Shown piece by piece: positions 26,620 through 35,837 of a DNA stretch of 64,000 nucleotides (position 1 is the stretch's first letter; each line of letters starts with the position of its first letter). The notes below the pieces were generated by a model that did no database searches, had not been told where the DNA came from, and saw nothing but the letters and a program-made list of their open reading frames with translations. This stretch comes from Squalus acanthias (lineage: Eukaryota): NCBI GenBank assembly GCA_030390025.1, contig CM059432.1:96164001-96228000 (forward strand). The letters run 5' to 3'. The translations under genes and the position numbers were made by a program.

Positions 26620-28030
26620 CCCAAGCTGGCACATAATTGCCAGGAGCAGCAGCAGACAGGCGGGGGCCAGGCAAACACGCAGGACTTCAGCCAGCTGAAG
26701 GATAAAGTACTCCAGATAATTAGGCGGCACTTGGTAGAGGCCGTGGCAACAGGCGAGGTTCAACCCCTTGAAGACAACAACGGTATGTTCATTCCTAATC
26801 CTTCTTCTCACATCCCACTTCCCCCTCAGCCCACAATCCTTTCTCACATTCAAGCTACTCTTGCGTATGCATGCATTTCTGGTGTCTGCCCTCCCCCCTC
26901 ACCATAACCCGACTCTTGTGCCTTTCTGCTTTCAGATAATCAACAAGCACCCGAGTAGCCTGTCCCCAATGTCTTCCAAAAGAGCGAGGGGGGAGAAGAG
27001 GAGGAAGAAGACACAGCGTCACTGCATCTCTCACTTGCAGATACCAGCTCAGAAACTGGCACTATGTGAACTTTAGAGGCTAGCGTGGAAGCTGGATCTG
27101 CGCAGGGTGAGGCACTGGACATGAGTGAGCTGCAGCAAGGCCAGGGGGAAAGGGTAGCTCGGGGGCCAGTCTCCCGGAGGGCAAGTTCGGGCGTGCGTTT
27201 TGTTGCACAGGACTCCGATGAGGACCTTGATGGGGAGACAGTCAGAAGAAGTGTGATGGGCATGCACACCGAATTGATGGGTGCAATGGCAAGCCTGCCA
27301 GGGAGCATCTCGGCAATGTCAAGGACCATGGAGGAGTCCACCTCCAACATTGCACAGGGCTCTACGCAGAGCATGGAGCCCAGGATTTCCAGCCTGGAAA
27401 TGATGGTACACTCTCAGAGAGACCATGGCGACCCAGACGTGATGGTGCGTGGATGGGCAATGTTGCAACTTCCATTGCACCACAGGTGGAAGCAACCCAA
27501 TGTCTGAGTGCTGCAGCAGAAACACAGACTGCTCTCATGGAGTCTCTGCTTGAAGCCACCCAAGCTCAGACTGCTGCCACCGTGGCTGGGTTTACCACTG
27601 TTGACTGAGGCTTGCAGGGTGTCACAGCAGCACAGCCATCTTTGCTTTAACAGATTGCTAGGAATGCTGAGGCGCCGCCCCGGGGAAGTGGCAGTGGATC
27701 AGTGGAGCAGGAACCTGCTGTTCTTTGTCAAGACGACAATATTCCTGTTCCCACCTCTGCCACTCCGCCATTGCCCTTGCCGCTGTCTGTCAGCCAGCCA
27801 GCCCAAACTGCTGTCGCCCATGCCGAGGTGGTGCAGTCTACAGCCGGGCCTTCCAGGCCCAGAGCTGCTCGAGGTCATCCTGCAAGGCCATCTGAAGTCT
27901 CCCCCATGGAAACTCAGCAGCCTTCCACCAGCGATGCTGCAGCCAATGGGGGAACACTTCGTAGGAGCACTAGAGTAGGTAAAGCCACACGAAAGGAAGA
28001 CACTAAGGGATTGCACAAGGGTGATTATTC
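26620..28030 (+). pseudogene. Harbinger Myb/SANT gene exons 2-3, disrupted
   Basis: cag|PKLAHNCQEQQQTGGG; VMGMHTELM; ends LRRSTRVGK; homologous to 1020-2340. Confidence 0.75.
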
Positions 28031-28055
28031 AATATTTTTCATGTAAATATGTGTG

Positions 28056-28670
28056 CATAGAAGCATAGAAGATAGGAGCAGGAGTAGGCCATTCGGCCCC
28101 TCGAGCCTGCTCCGCCATTTAATGAGATCATGGCTGATCATCCAAATTCAGTACTCTGTCCCTGCTTTCTCCCCATATCCCTTGACCCCTTTAGCCTTAA
28201 GAAATATATCTAACTCCTTGAATATATTAAATGAATTGGCCTCAACTGCCTTCTGTGGTAGAGAATTCCACAGGTTCACCACTCTCTGGGTGAAGAAATT
28301 CCTCCTCATCTCAGTCCTAAACGGCTTACCCTGTATCCTTAGACTGTGACCTCTGGTTCTGGACTCCCCCACCATCGGGAACATCCTTCTTGCATCTAGT
28401 CTGTCTAGTCCTGTTAGAATTTTATAAGTTTCAATGAGATCCCCTCTCATTCTTCTAAACTCTAGCGAATATAAGCCTAATCGACCCAATCTCTCTTCAT
28501 ACATCATTCCTGCCATCCCAGGTATCAGTCTGGTAAATCTTTGCTGCACTCCCTCCATGGCAAGAACATCCTTCCTCAGGTAAGGCGACCAAAACTGCAC
28601 ACAATACTCAAGGTGTGGTCTCACCAAGGCCCTGTACAACTGCAGCAAGACATCCTTGCTCCTGTACTCC
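28056..28670 (-). mobile_element. CR1 3' fragment, same subfamily as 16030-20591
   Basis: Translation nearly identical to the end of 18488-20500; TGTGTG duplication at both ends. Confidence 0.95.
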
Positions 28671-28826
28671 TGTGTGAATTGATTTGTGATAAATTTATTA
28701 ATTTTGTTTGGAATCTTTTGTGGTGCCTCTCATTACAGCTTTGTGCCCAGGAGGACACTGTGATATTCCGTGAGACAGGGATGGTATGATGGGGATATGG
28801 TGCGCAACGGGGATCTGGGTTTTCAG

Positions 28827-30012
28827 TCATTGGAATCAGAGTCTGATGACCCATTCATGGACAGCCCATCTGGAAGGGAAATTGTCTGCCTGCCTCCTCC
28901 CTCCCTCCTCTTCCTCTTCCTCTTGCACCTCGTTCTCTTCCTCATCCTCCTCCTCCTCTTCCTCATCCTCCTCCTCTTCTCCCTCCTCTCCCTTGTCCTC
29001 CTCCTGAGGTGGTCCCACAATCCCTGGTGGCAAGGGCGGCGCCCTCATGATGGCCAAGTTGTGAATCATGCAGCAGACCAGCACAAAATGGGAAACCCGC
29101 ACCGCCGAGTACTGGAGGGCTCCACTCGGGCGGTCAAGGCAGCGGAACCCTTGCTTTAGTAGCCCAATGGTCTGCTCGATGATGTTCCTGGTGGAAGCAT
29201 GGCTCTCATTATATGAGTGCTGGGCACAAGTGTTGGAGATGCGGAGGGGAGTCATGAGCCAGGTGGAGAGCAGATACCCCTTGTCTCTGAGCAGACACTC
29301 TCGAGTTTGCTGTGGCGACTGGAAGATTGCTGGCACACCGGACTGACGCAGGATGAAGAAATCATGGCTGCTGCCAGGATAGCAGCCATTGACATTGAGG
29401 AATCGCTGTGTGTGGTCGCACACCACCTGCACATTAAGTGAGTAGTAGCCTTTGCGGTTACGGAAGATCTCATGATTGTTATGCGGCGCCTGCAAAGCCA
29501 CGTGTGTGCAGTCAATGGCACACTGCACCATGGGAAAGCCCGCTATCCTGGCAAAGCCACATGCACACCCCACCTGCTTCTCTCTCCTCAGAGAGAAGGC
29601 AACGTAGTCCCTTCTCCTGGTGTAGAGAGCCTCTAGGATGCAGCGATGGACAGCGAACTGTGAGATGTTAGCTATGTCTCCTACTGGTGAAGAAACTGAG
29701 GGCTATGGTGACCTTGACTGCCACTGGGAGAGCCGTGTTTGCCCTGCTCTCAGGCCACAGGTCTGGTTGCAGGAGGTGGCAGATTTCTGTGACCACCTCC
29801 TTGGTGAAGCATAGCCTCCTAATACACTGCTCCTCACTTCAGTGGAGGTAGAAGTGCTGTTGGAAGACCCTAGGTGGGTAAACCCTCCTGTTGAGAGCCC
29901 TCATGGCCCTCCTCCTCCTCCCTCTGTGTGCATGCACCCGTCATCCTTACTGCCTCCGCTTCCTCTGCTGAAGATCCTGGAGCATGAGGTCGACTGCCAG
30001 TATAGTCCCCAT
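28827..30012 (-). pseudogene. Harbinger DDE transposase, full span but frameshifted
   Basis: ATG at 30012; AIDCTHV, RKGYYSLNVQVVCD, YPGSSHD, DKGY, RNIIEQTIGLLKQGFRCL, CCMIHN. Confidence 0.9.
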
Positions 30013-30061
30013 GACTGTGAGCAAGTGTTGTGAGCAGAAGTCTTTAAAAAATAATGAAGGT

Positions 30062-31737
30062 TGTAAGGGGTTCTGTGTCGTGCTTGTATCGCAGACGGTG
30101 CTGGTGCGGGGTTAGGCCTTCATTGCCTAATACTACTGCTTGCTCTGGTCTCCGGCCAGCCTTGTTGCAATAAGCACCTGTGAGTGGTTCGACCCACTCG
30201 CCCTTACGGTTCTAACACTGGACTTAGGTGCGAGAGCAGTAATGCAGAGAAAAACTCAAATAGACTCGGTTGAATAGTACGAAATGGAAATCTTTATTGC
30301 ATAGCGTCTAAAATCATGAAGTACATATCATAGGCACAAATTAACGATAGTACAAGTATACATACATTCATAAAGCTTGGTCTATGGTAATGAAGAACGC
30401 ACGGCACATCGTAAAAAGGGGAACACATTATACTTTATCCTTAATAAAACCACCCTCCCCTATCAATACCTACACTACATCTAGATTTGTAGGATCGGGA
30501 AACATGCTCACCACTCGTGATACTTCGAAGAATTTTAAAGTGAGGCGCTCGGCTCGTTTCGCTGCAGCGCCTGACTGTCACGTGTTTTGAGGGGTCTCTG
30601 TACCCCACTTGTTTACTTTTGCTGCTGCTGCAAGCAGGCTGGGCTCCCCGTTGTCATGAAGAACTCGACAGTGCTCAGGCCCGGTTCGAAGAAGAGTCTT
30701 CCTGTGTCTGACACCGGTTGCCGGTAGAATTCAAAGAAGAGTCTTTGACCAGTTCGTGCAGTAACCTGTAGAGTTCAAAAATGGTCTATATATTTTCGGG
30801 CGCGGTCGGGGTTTACTGACCGCGGCGGCACGTGCATTCTTCTTCTTCTCTTCTCATCTCGTCTCGTCTCGTCTCTTCGGGCCTTCGGGTCCAGAACACC
30901 GTTTACCGACGCTCGGGATGGTGCACCCGGTTACCGGCCTTCGTCGAGGCGGCTCGTTCCGTTCGAGCTCCACCCAACATTCGAATAACCGTCCAGTGCG
31001 GCTAAAAGTCCAGAGTCAACAGTCCAGAGAAACAAGAGCACGAATCAAGCGAATAAGAATCGAATCAAGGGAATAAGAGAATAAGAGCCGAATCAAGCGC
31101 GCGATGGACATTTGTTGTCTATAGTTATAGTGTTGTGTTCCCTTATCTCCCGCTCAAATCTTAATGTTTGTCCTTTGTGAAATATTGGCGCTCAAAACTC
31201 CCAGCATGGGGTGATTCTTGTCTTTAACGGGTTTCGGTAGCACCTGAGACTGGTCAACTACCCGTTAATGTTTTCCCCATTGTTGAACCGGCTCGGAGCC
31301 TCCCTGGCTGGGTTTTGGGGGCCCCCGAATACTTGTTTAATCACCCGAGAATGGCTCTCTCATTGTAGAGCCGTTGGGGTATTTGCGTATTGATGTGTCT
31401 GGATGGGCCTTCGATTGCCCAGTACAATGGTCCTTACTTGTGCATGGAAAACGATTCCAGCACTCATATCTTATGCTATTGTTTCGAATGCAAACATGTT
31501 GCATCCTGTCTTTATCAATGTCTGCTGAGTATTATCCAATCTTATACTGAAATGTTTATTCGAACGCCATCTTGTCTGCCCACTGAAAATTCTGGAAGCT
31601 TCTGTCACGATGCGTGGTGGCCATTTTACAGGCTTCTGTGTCCTTTTTAATCATGACAGCATTTCGTTTAAATAAACTGATTAAACGAATCTGTTTCTCT
31701 CTCGTTATTTTGAATCGCGATAATTGCGAATTTTACA
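30062..31737 (-). repeat. 3' LTR (1676 bp)
   Basis: Direct repeat of 37642-39317; about 15 substitutions counted by eye, no indels. Confidence 0.97.
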
Positions 31738-31746
31738 GTCCCTCCT
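31738..31746 (-). promoter_or_regulatory. Polypurine tract
   Basis: Minus strand AGGAGGGAC immediately before the 3' LTR TGTAA. Confidence 0.75.
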
Positions 31747-32131
31747 GTTGATGCGAATAACTCTGCTTATCGTATCAATTAAAAGTGGTGGTGAGCAAAA
31801 TTATCCCGATTCTCCACATCCAAACACTCCCTTAACTTAAACTATCTATGGTCTCCATGCCGTCCTCATTTCCCGGGGAAATTACATTGTTTAAAACTTG
31901 GATAAACCGTAGGCAGTATTGCCTTTAAACTTACATTTCGCATACGCCTTCCAGGTGCAACAGGCCGATGCCTCTCGCACCACCTGTATATGCATTTTTA
32001 TTATACAAGGAAAAATAATCAAACAACCATTTTAAAAAATACAAAGTTCCAAACTTAGTTACATATCTTCATAACTAACAATCAATTGCAAAAACACACA
32101 TGGTAAAATGGAGCGGCGTCATCCTGGCCGT

Positions 32132-33619
32132 TCACGTGGAACTTTCCTCGTTCACGCGCACGTAACGTTCTCTCCACTCTCCTGTGTTCTCCTGCTTTGT
32201 GAGGCGTCTGCCTCTCTTGCAGTGCACGACCAATAGGTACACTACTATTATGACTTGGCACACAACTAAAATGTGGGAGGCTATCCTGATCCATGAAGGA
32301 ACTTCAATATTGGTGAACAGGTCCCACCACGGTGGGATCACTATGTCCAAAATTTCTGTCCCTATCTCGACAGACTTTTGTTCCAGGGTGTAAAAATGTT
32401 TTTGTGATACCGCAACGGCTTTCAAAAGCTTGGTGAGGTGCTCAGGGAGAGGGGGAATGATGTATCCGAAATGCGTGACGAATCGCTGCAAGTCGGTGAA
32501 ATTCTCTTTTACTGTGAGATGAACAGTGGATGGTTCAGGGATCGGGACAATTCGCTGTTGTGCCACTTGAACTTCAACCCTGGGTTTAAAACAGAAACTG
32601 CTGTCACTCACCGGACACCGGCTGCGGTTTCCATGCTGGTAGTGTTGCGCTGCCGTGGTAACGCAATATGTTCCACCCCCAATGTATGCCACCTGCGGAT
32701 GCACATGATCTTGTGTTATTGCTTCCATGGTGCAATTCATGGGCTTGGCGCCAGCCGTTCTGAACCCGCATTGTGGTGTTAAAAAGGCATTCAAGTGCTT
32801 GGGACACAGTATTATGTGTGCTCCCCGGCCATGACAACCCGATAGGTCGGTACCTGTCATCGTTTGCTCCCAGCGGATGACGTAAGGTGGGACTGCTGCG
32901 TAGCGAATGTGGGCTCCCCCCTGAATGACACCAATGTTCTCTACCCGATACACCGGGGCGGGCTTTGCTGTGTCGCCCAAGACCGGCATACGTAGTACTA
33001 TACCCATGATGGTATGGTTTGACCGTCCGCAGTCCACGGGGACTGGGTATGCCTCTGAGGCTAGCCTGAGCTGGCACGGGCTTAATGCGTTCTGAAAAGG
33101 GTGGAGCGCCTGCAGGTGTTTGTTACTTATCCAGGACGGGACCAAACCTTGTTTTAAATCCTCCAAATTACTGCAGCCCTCGCCCAGTAACCACGCCCCG
33201 TATAGTACGCACACCTCGTTCTGCGCAGCTTGATCGGATGCATTCCGATCTTCCCTAATCAGGGCATTTACCGTTCTCGCATACTTCTCCAGCTCTGCTA
33301 TAATCTCGTTTAAGTGTAGTGTCATGGCCTGGTCCTCATGTAACTCAGACCCTACTACCTTGTTTTCGCTTGTGAGGATGCTTTTTAATTGTGTTTTTAA
33401 ACCATTGATCTGGGTCTGCAGCTCCACGTTGTCTAGAGCGTTGACCACAGATGTTCCTGTATTAAAGGCGGTGAACATATCGTTCACAATACCCCTTCTT
33501 TGTCTCCCCACCTGACCCAAAACTTCGTGTGGTGTGGTGTACAAGCTTGTTTTGTCAATCTCTGCAAAATCAAACTCGTAGAATTGTCTGAACATGTTTG
33601 TCAACAGGACCTGGTACAA
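32132..33619 (-). CDS. env: Env C-terminal part: F-like class I fusion glycoprotein
   Basis: RQRR furin site (33494-33505), putative fusion peptide GIVNDMFTAF, heptad repeat, Cys-rich region, second heptad, W-rich segment, TM IASHILVVCQVIIVVYLLVV, tail with YVRV. Confidence 0.85.
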   Translation of the reverse strand: MYQVLLTNMFRQFYEFDFAEIDKTSLYTTPHEVLGQVGRQRRGIVNDMFTAFNTGTSVVNALDNVELQTQINGLKTQLKSILTSENKVVGSELHEDQAMTLHLNEIIAELEKYARTVNALIREDRNASDQAAQNEVCVLYGAWLLGEGCSNLEDLKQGLVPSWISNKHLQALHPFQNALSPCQLRLASEAYPVPVDCGRSNHTIMGIVLRMPVLGDTAKPAPVYRVENIGVIQGGAHIRYAAVPPYVIRWEQTMTGTDLSGCHGRGAHIILCPKHLNAFLTPQCGFRTAGAKPMNCTMEAITQDHVHPQVAYIGGGTYCVTTAAQHYQHGNRSRCPVSDSSFCFKPRVEVQVAQQRIVPIPEPSTVHLTVKENFTDLQRFVTHFGYIIPPLPEHLTKLLKAVAVSQKHFYTLEQKSVEIGTEILDIVIPPWWDLFTNIEVPSWIRIASHILVVCQVIIVVYLLVVHCKRGRRLTKQENTGEWRERYVRVNEESST

Positions 33620-34483
33620 TTATTCCGTCTCTTTGGGGCACCACTCTGGTAACCGCACCTTGGTGAGATTTAGAATCACCGAAGCCACCGCGTAATGTAC
33701 CCCTTGAAATAGTATCTGGTCCGTTGGGACCAGTACCAAACCATTCCCGGGCCCCTTAGTGGCTTTAGGGCACCCTTCCTCCTGAGCCAAAACCACCGGA
33801 ATCGTGGGCGGAGCCTTGCGTGGGCGCGTGATGAGTTCAGTGGCGTTTACCGGGATCGGGGAGAATGGGGCTCCGCACCCCTTTGTGCTGACATCCCACC
33901 TCATCCCTTTCCCGTTATCCTGCCACTGGTGTACGAAAAATATGGATATACCCTTGGGGCAAACGTACTTCGATCCCCACATACAAACATATATTCCCTC
34001 ATCCGGTTCCCACCATTTGTCCCAACAGACTTTCAATTGTCCGTTAGTCCCCGTAATTGTCCGATGGGTATTGTTACCCAATCGCTCCCACTCAACCGAG
34101 GAATTTCTCATAGTCTTGCTTAACTTCCATAACCAGCACCCTCGGCTCAATGGGACCTTCCCATTGCATGTCAAACAATTCCTTTTGCCGACGGTGACGC
34201 TGATTCTGGGTGCAATGATCCTCACTCTGGGGCACAGTAAAGAAGTCTCTTTGTAGGCAAATCCGGATGCGCTGAAGTATTCCGTTGAATTCGTTCCCAG
34301 CCATCCTGGCCACCTTCCCTTGTGGAAATAAGTGGCGGTCTCCTCAGCCTTTCGCTCCCCGGTCCCATCCGTCGCGATGGGGGCCGTGTCCCCGGAGCAA
34401 CCAAACACAACGACATCCTTAGTGAGGCCCCGATAGGCCAATCCATATCCGATCGTTGCGAGCACTATCAGAATCCTTTCCAT
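33620..34483 (-). CDS. env: Env N-terminal part: signal peptide plus Ig-like domain; in frame with 32132-33619 across one TAA
   Basis: MERILIVLATIGYGLA signal; CLTC...WLWK...DEGIYVC; several N-x-S/T sites. Confidence 0.8.
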   Translation of the reverse strand: MERILIVLATIGYGLAYRGLTKDVVVFGCSGDTAPIATDGTGERKAEETATYFHKGRWPGWLGTNSTEYFSASGFAYKETSLLCPRVRIIAPRISVTVGKRNCLTCNGKVPLSRGCWLWKLSKTMRNSSVEWERLGNNTHRTITGTNGQLKVCWDKWWEPDEGIYVCMWGSKYVCPKGISIFFVHQWQDNGKGMRWDVSTKGCGAPFSPIPVNATELITRPRKAPPTIPVVLAQEEGCPKATKGPGNGLVLVPTDQILFQGVHYAVASVILNLTKVRLPEWCPKETE

Positions 34484-34757
34484 CTTTCCTGGTTCCTGTG
34501 ATCAGATAAAATGATGTAGCCAGCCTCCCAAGAGTCTCTGGCTTTTGTGAAGGGTGAGCTGGTCCATGACCTCGTCTCACGTATAACGACATGTATGCTG
34601 GATAGACTTTAACTATTCCTATCACTAAAACTCCCATCACTTTACCATTTACCTTTAAAATTAAACTACAAACTTACCAAACTTACAAACTTAAACTTAA
34701 ACTTATAAACTTATAAACTTATACTGTACAGCGCCGCCCGTTCCCAGGGCGGCCTAC

Positions 34758-35837
34758 CTAAATTCTGTGAAGGCTGCCACGAGCTTTTCCCAGTGGTGGG
34801 AGGGCACTGACCCCTTCCTTTGATCTGCCACAGCCTGTCGCCGCTGCGCTGGGACTGGGATCTCCCTGGGCTGCCTTGAACTTGAACTTACGCCTGGGGG
34901 CGTACGGGGGACTTGACCACGACTTCCTGGGCTGGGGTGTCCGACCTGACCTACGGAGGGCTACTTTGGGCAAGATTTCCAGGGCCGACGGACCAGGAAC
35001 CAAGACTTCCACCGTCACGGCCTGTGGTCCTACCACAGCCGCTGGCTCCATCTCCCCTGGCTCCGCCCCCCTGAACTCGGGATTTGCAGCTTTTGGTTCC
35101 ACCCTACTTGGCCCAGTATGTGGTCCTCCACTCGCAATCCCTACCTCCCCCAAGGGCAAGACTTCCAGGGCCGACGGATCGGGTATCGAGACTTCCACCG
35201 TCACGACCTGTGGTCCTACCACAGCCGCTGGCTCCGTCTCCCCTGGCCCCGCCCCCCTGGGCTCGGGATCTGCAGTTTCTGATTCCACCCTGTGTGGATC
35301 TCCACTCGCAGCCCCTATCTCCCCTGAGCTTGAGTCGAGGACGAAACTTTCGTCCTCCGACCCCAGCACCTCTCCGATCGGGTCACTACCTTGGTCGAGC
35401 TCCTCGAGCTCTTCCTCATCTGAATCCCAACCCCAAGAAAAGATCCTACACTTTTCTAGAATGTCCTCTCCCCTCAAGCAGGCTGCTTTACCGGTCTGTG
35501 TGCCTTGCGGTCCTACCCGGGGCTGCGAGTCCCCACTCGCAGGTTTGGCCCCTCCCCTGAGACAGGCCACCGCCCCTGCTTGTGCCTTCTGTGAAATCTC
35601 GCCTGCTGGAGGCTGCAGATTTCTATTCTGTTTTAAATCCTCATACTCCCTGCTCCTGGCTACCCTGTAGGCTGCTTTTATGTCTCTAAGCTGCCCTTCC
35701 AGCCCGTCTACCTTCCCCATTAAACGGGCGTTCTCCTCCCGCAAGGTCTGCTCTTTTAACCTGGCCTCCTTACAGGAGACCACCTCCTGTGCGCGTCTTT
35801 CAAGGGGACACAGGCAGGCAGGCTGCACCGGTTCCAG
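34758..35837 (-). CDS. ORF2: Gag-like coiled coil, acidic/Pro-rich tandem repeat, basic tail; in frame with gag, no ATG at its start
   Basis: Open from the codon after the gag TGA for 359 codons; no protease, RT, RNase H or integrase motifs seen. Confidence 0.7.
   Translation of the reverse strand: MEPVQPACLCPLERRAQEVVSCKEARLKEQTLREENARLMGKVDGLEGQLRDIKAAYRVARSREYEDLKQNRNLQPPAGEISQKAQAGAVACLRGGAKPASGDSQPRVGPQGTQTGKAACLRGEDILEKCRIFSWGWDSDEEELEELDQGSDPIGEVLGSEDESFVLDSSSGEIGAASGDPHRVESETADPEPRGAGPGETEPAAVVGPQVVTVEVSIPDPSALEVLPLGEVGIASGGPHTGPSRVEPKAANPEFRGAEPGEMEPAAVVGPQAVTVEVLVPGPSALEILPKVALRRSGRTPQPRKSWSSPPYAPRRKFKFKAAQGDPSPSAAATGCGRSKEGVSALPPLGKARGSLHRI

Noticed and set aside
30384..31650. Small plus-strand ORFs in both LTRs
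   Set aside because: Short, antisense to the element and without motifs; they appear twice only because the LTRs are duplicated.
34876..35670. 264-aa antisense ORF over ORF2
   Set aside because: Non-ATG start in GC-rich repetitive sequence; consistent with a shadow of the sense ORF.
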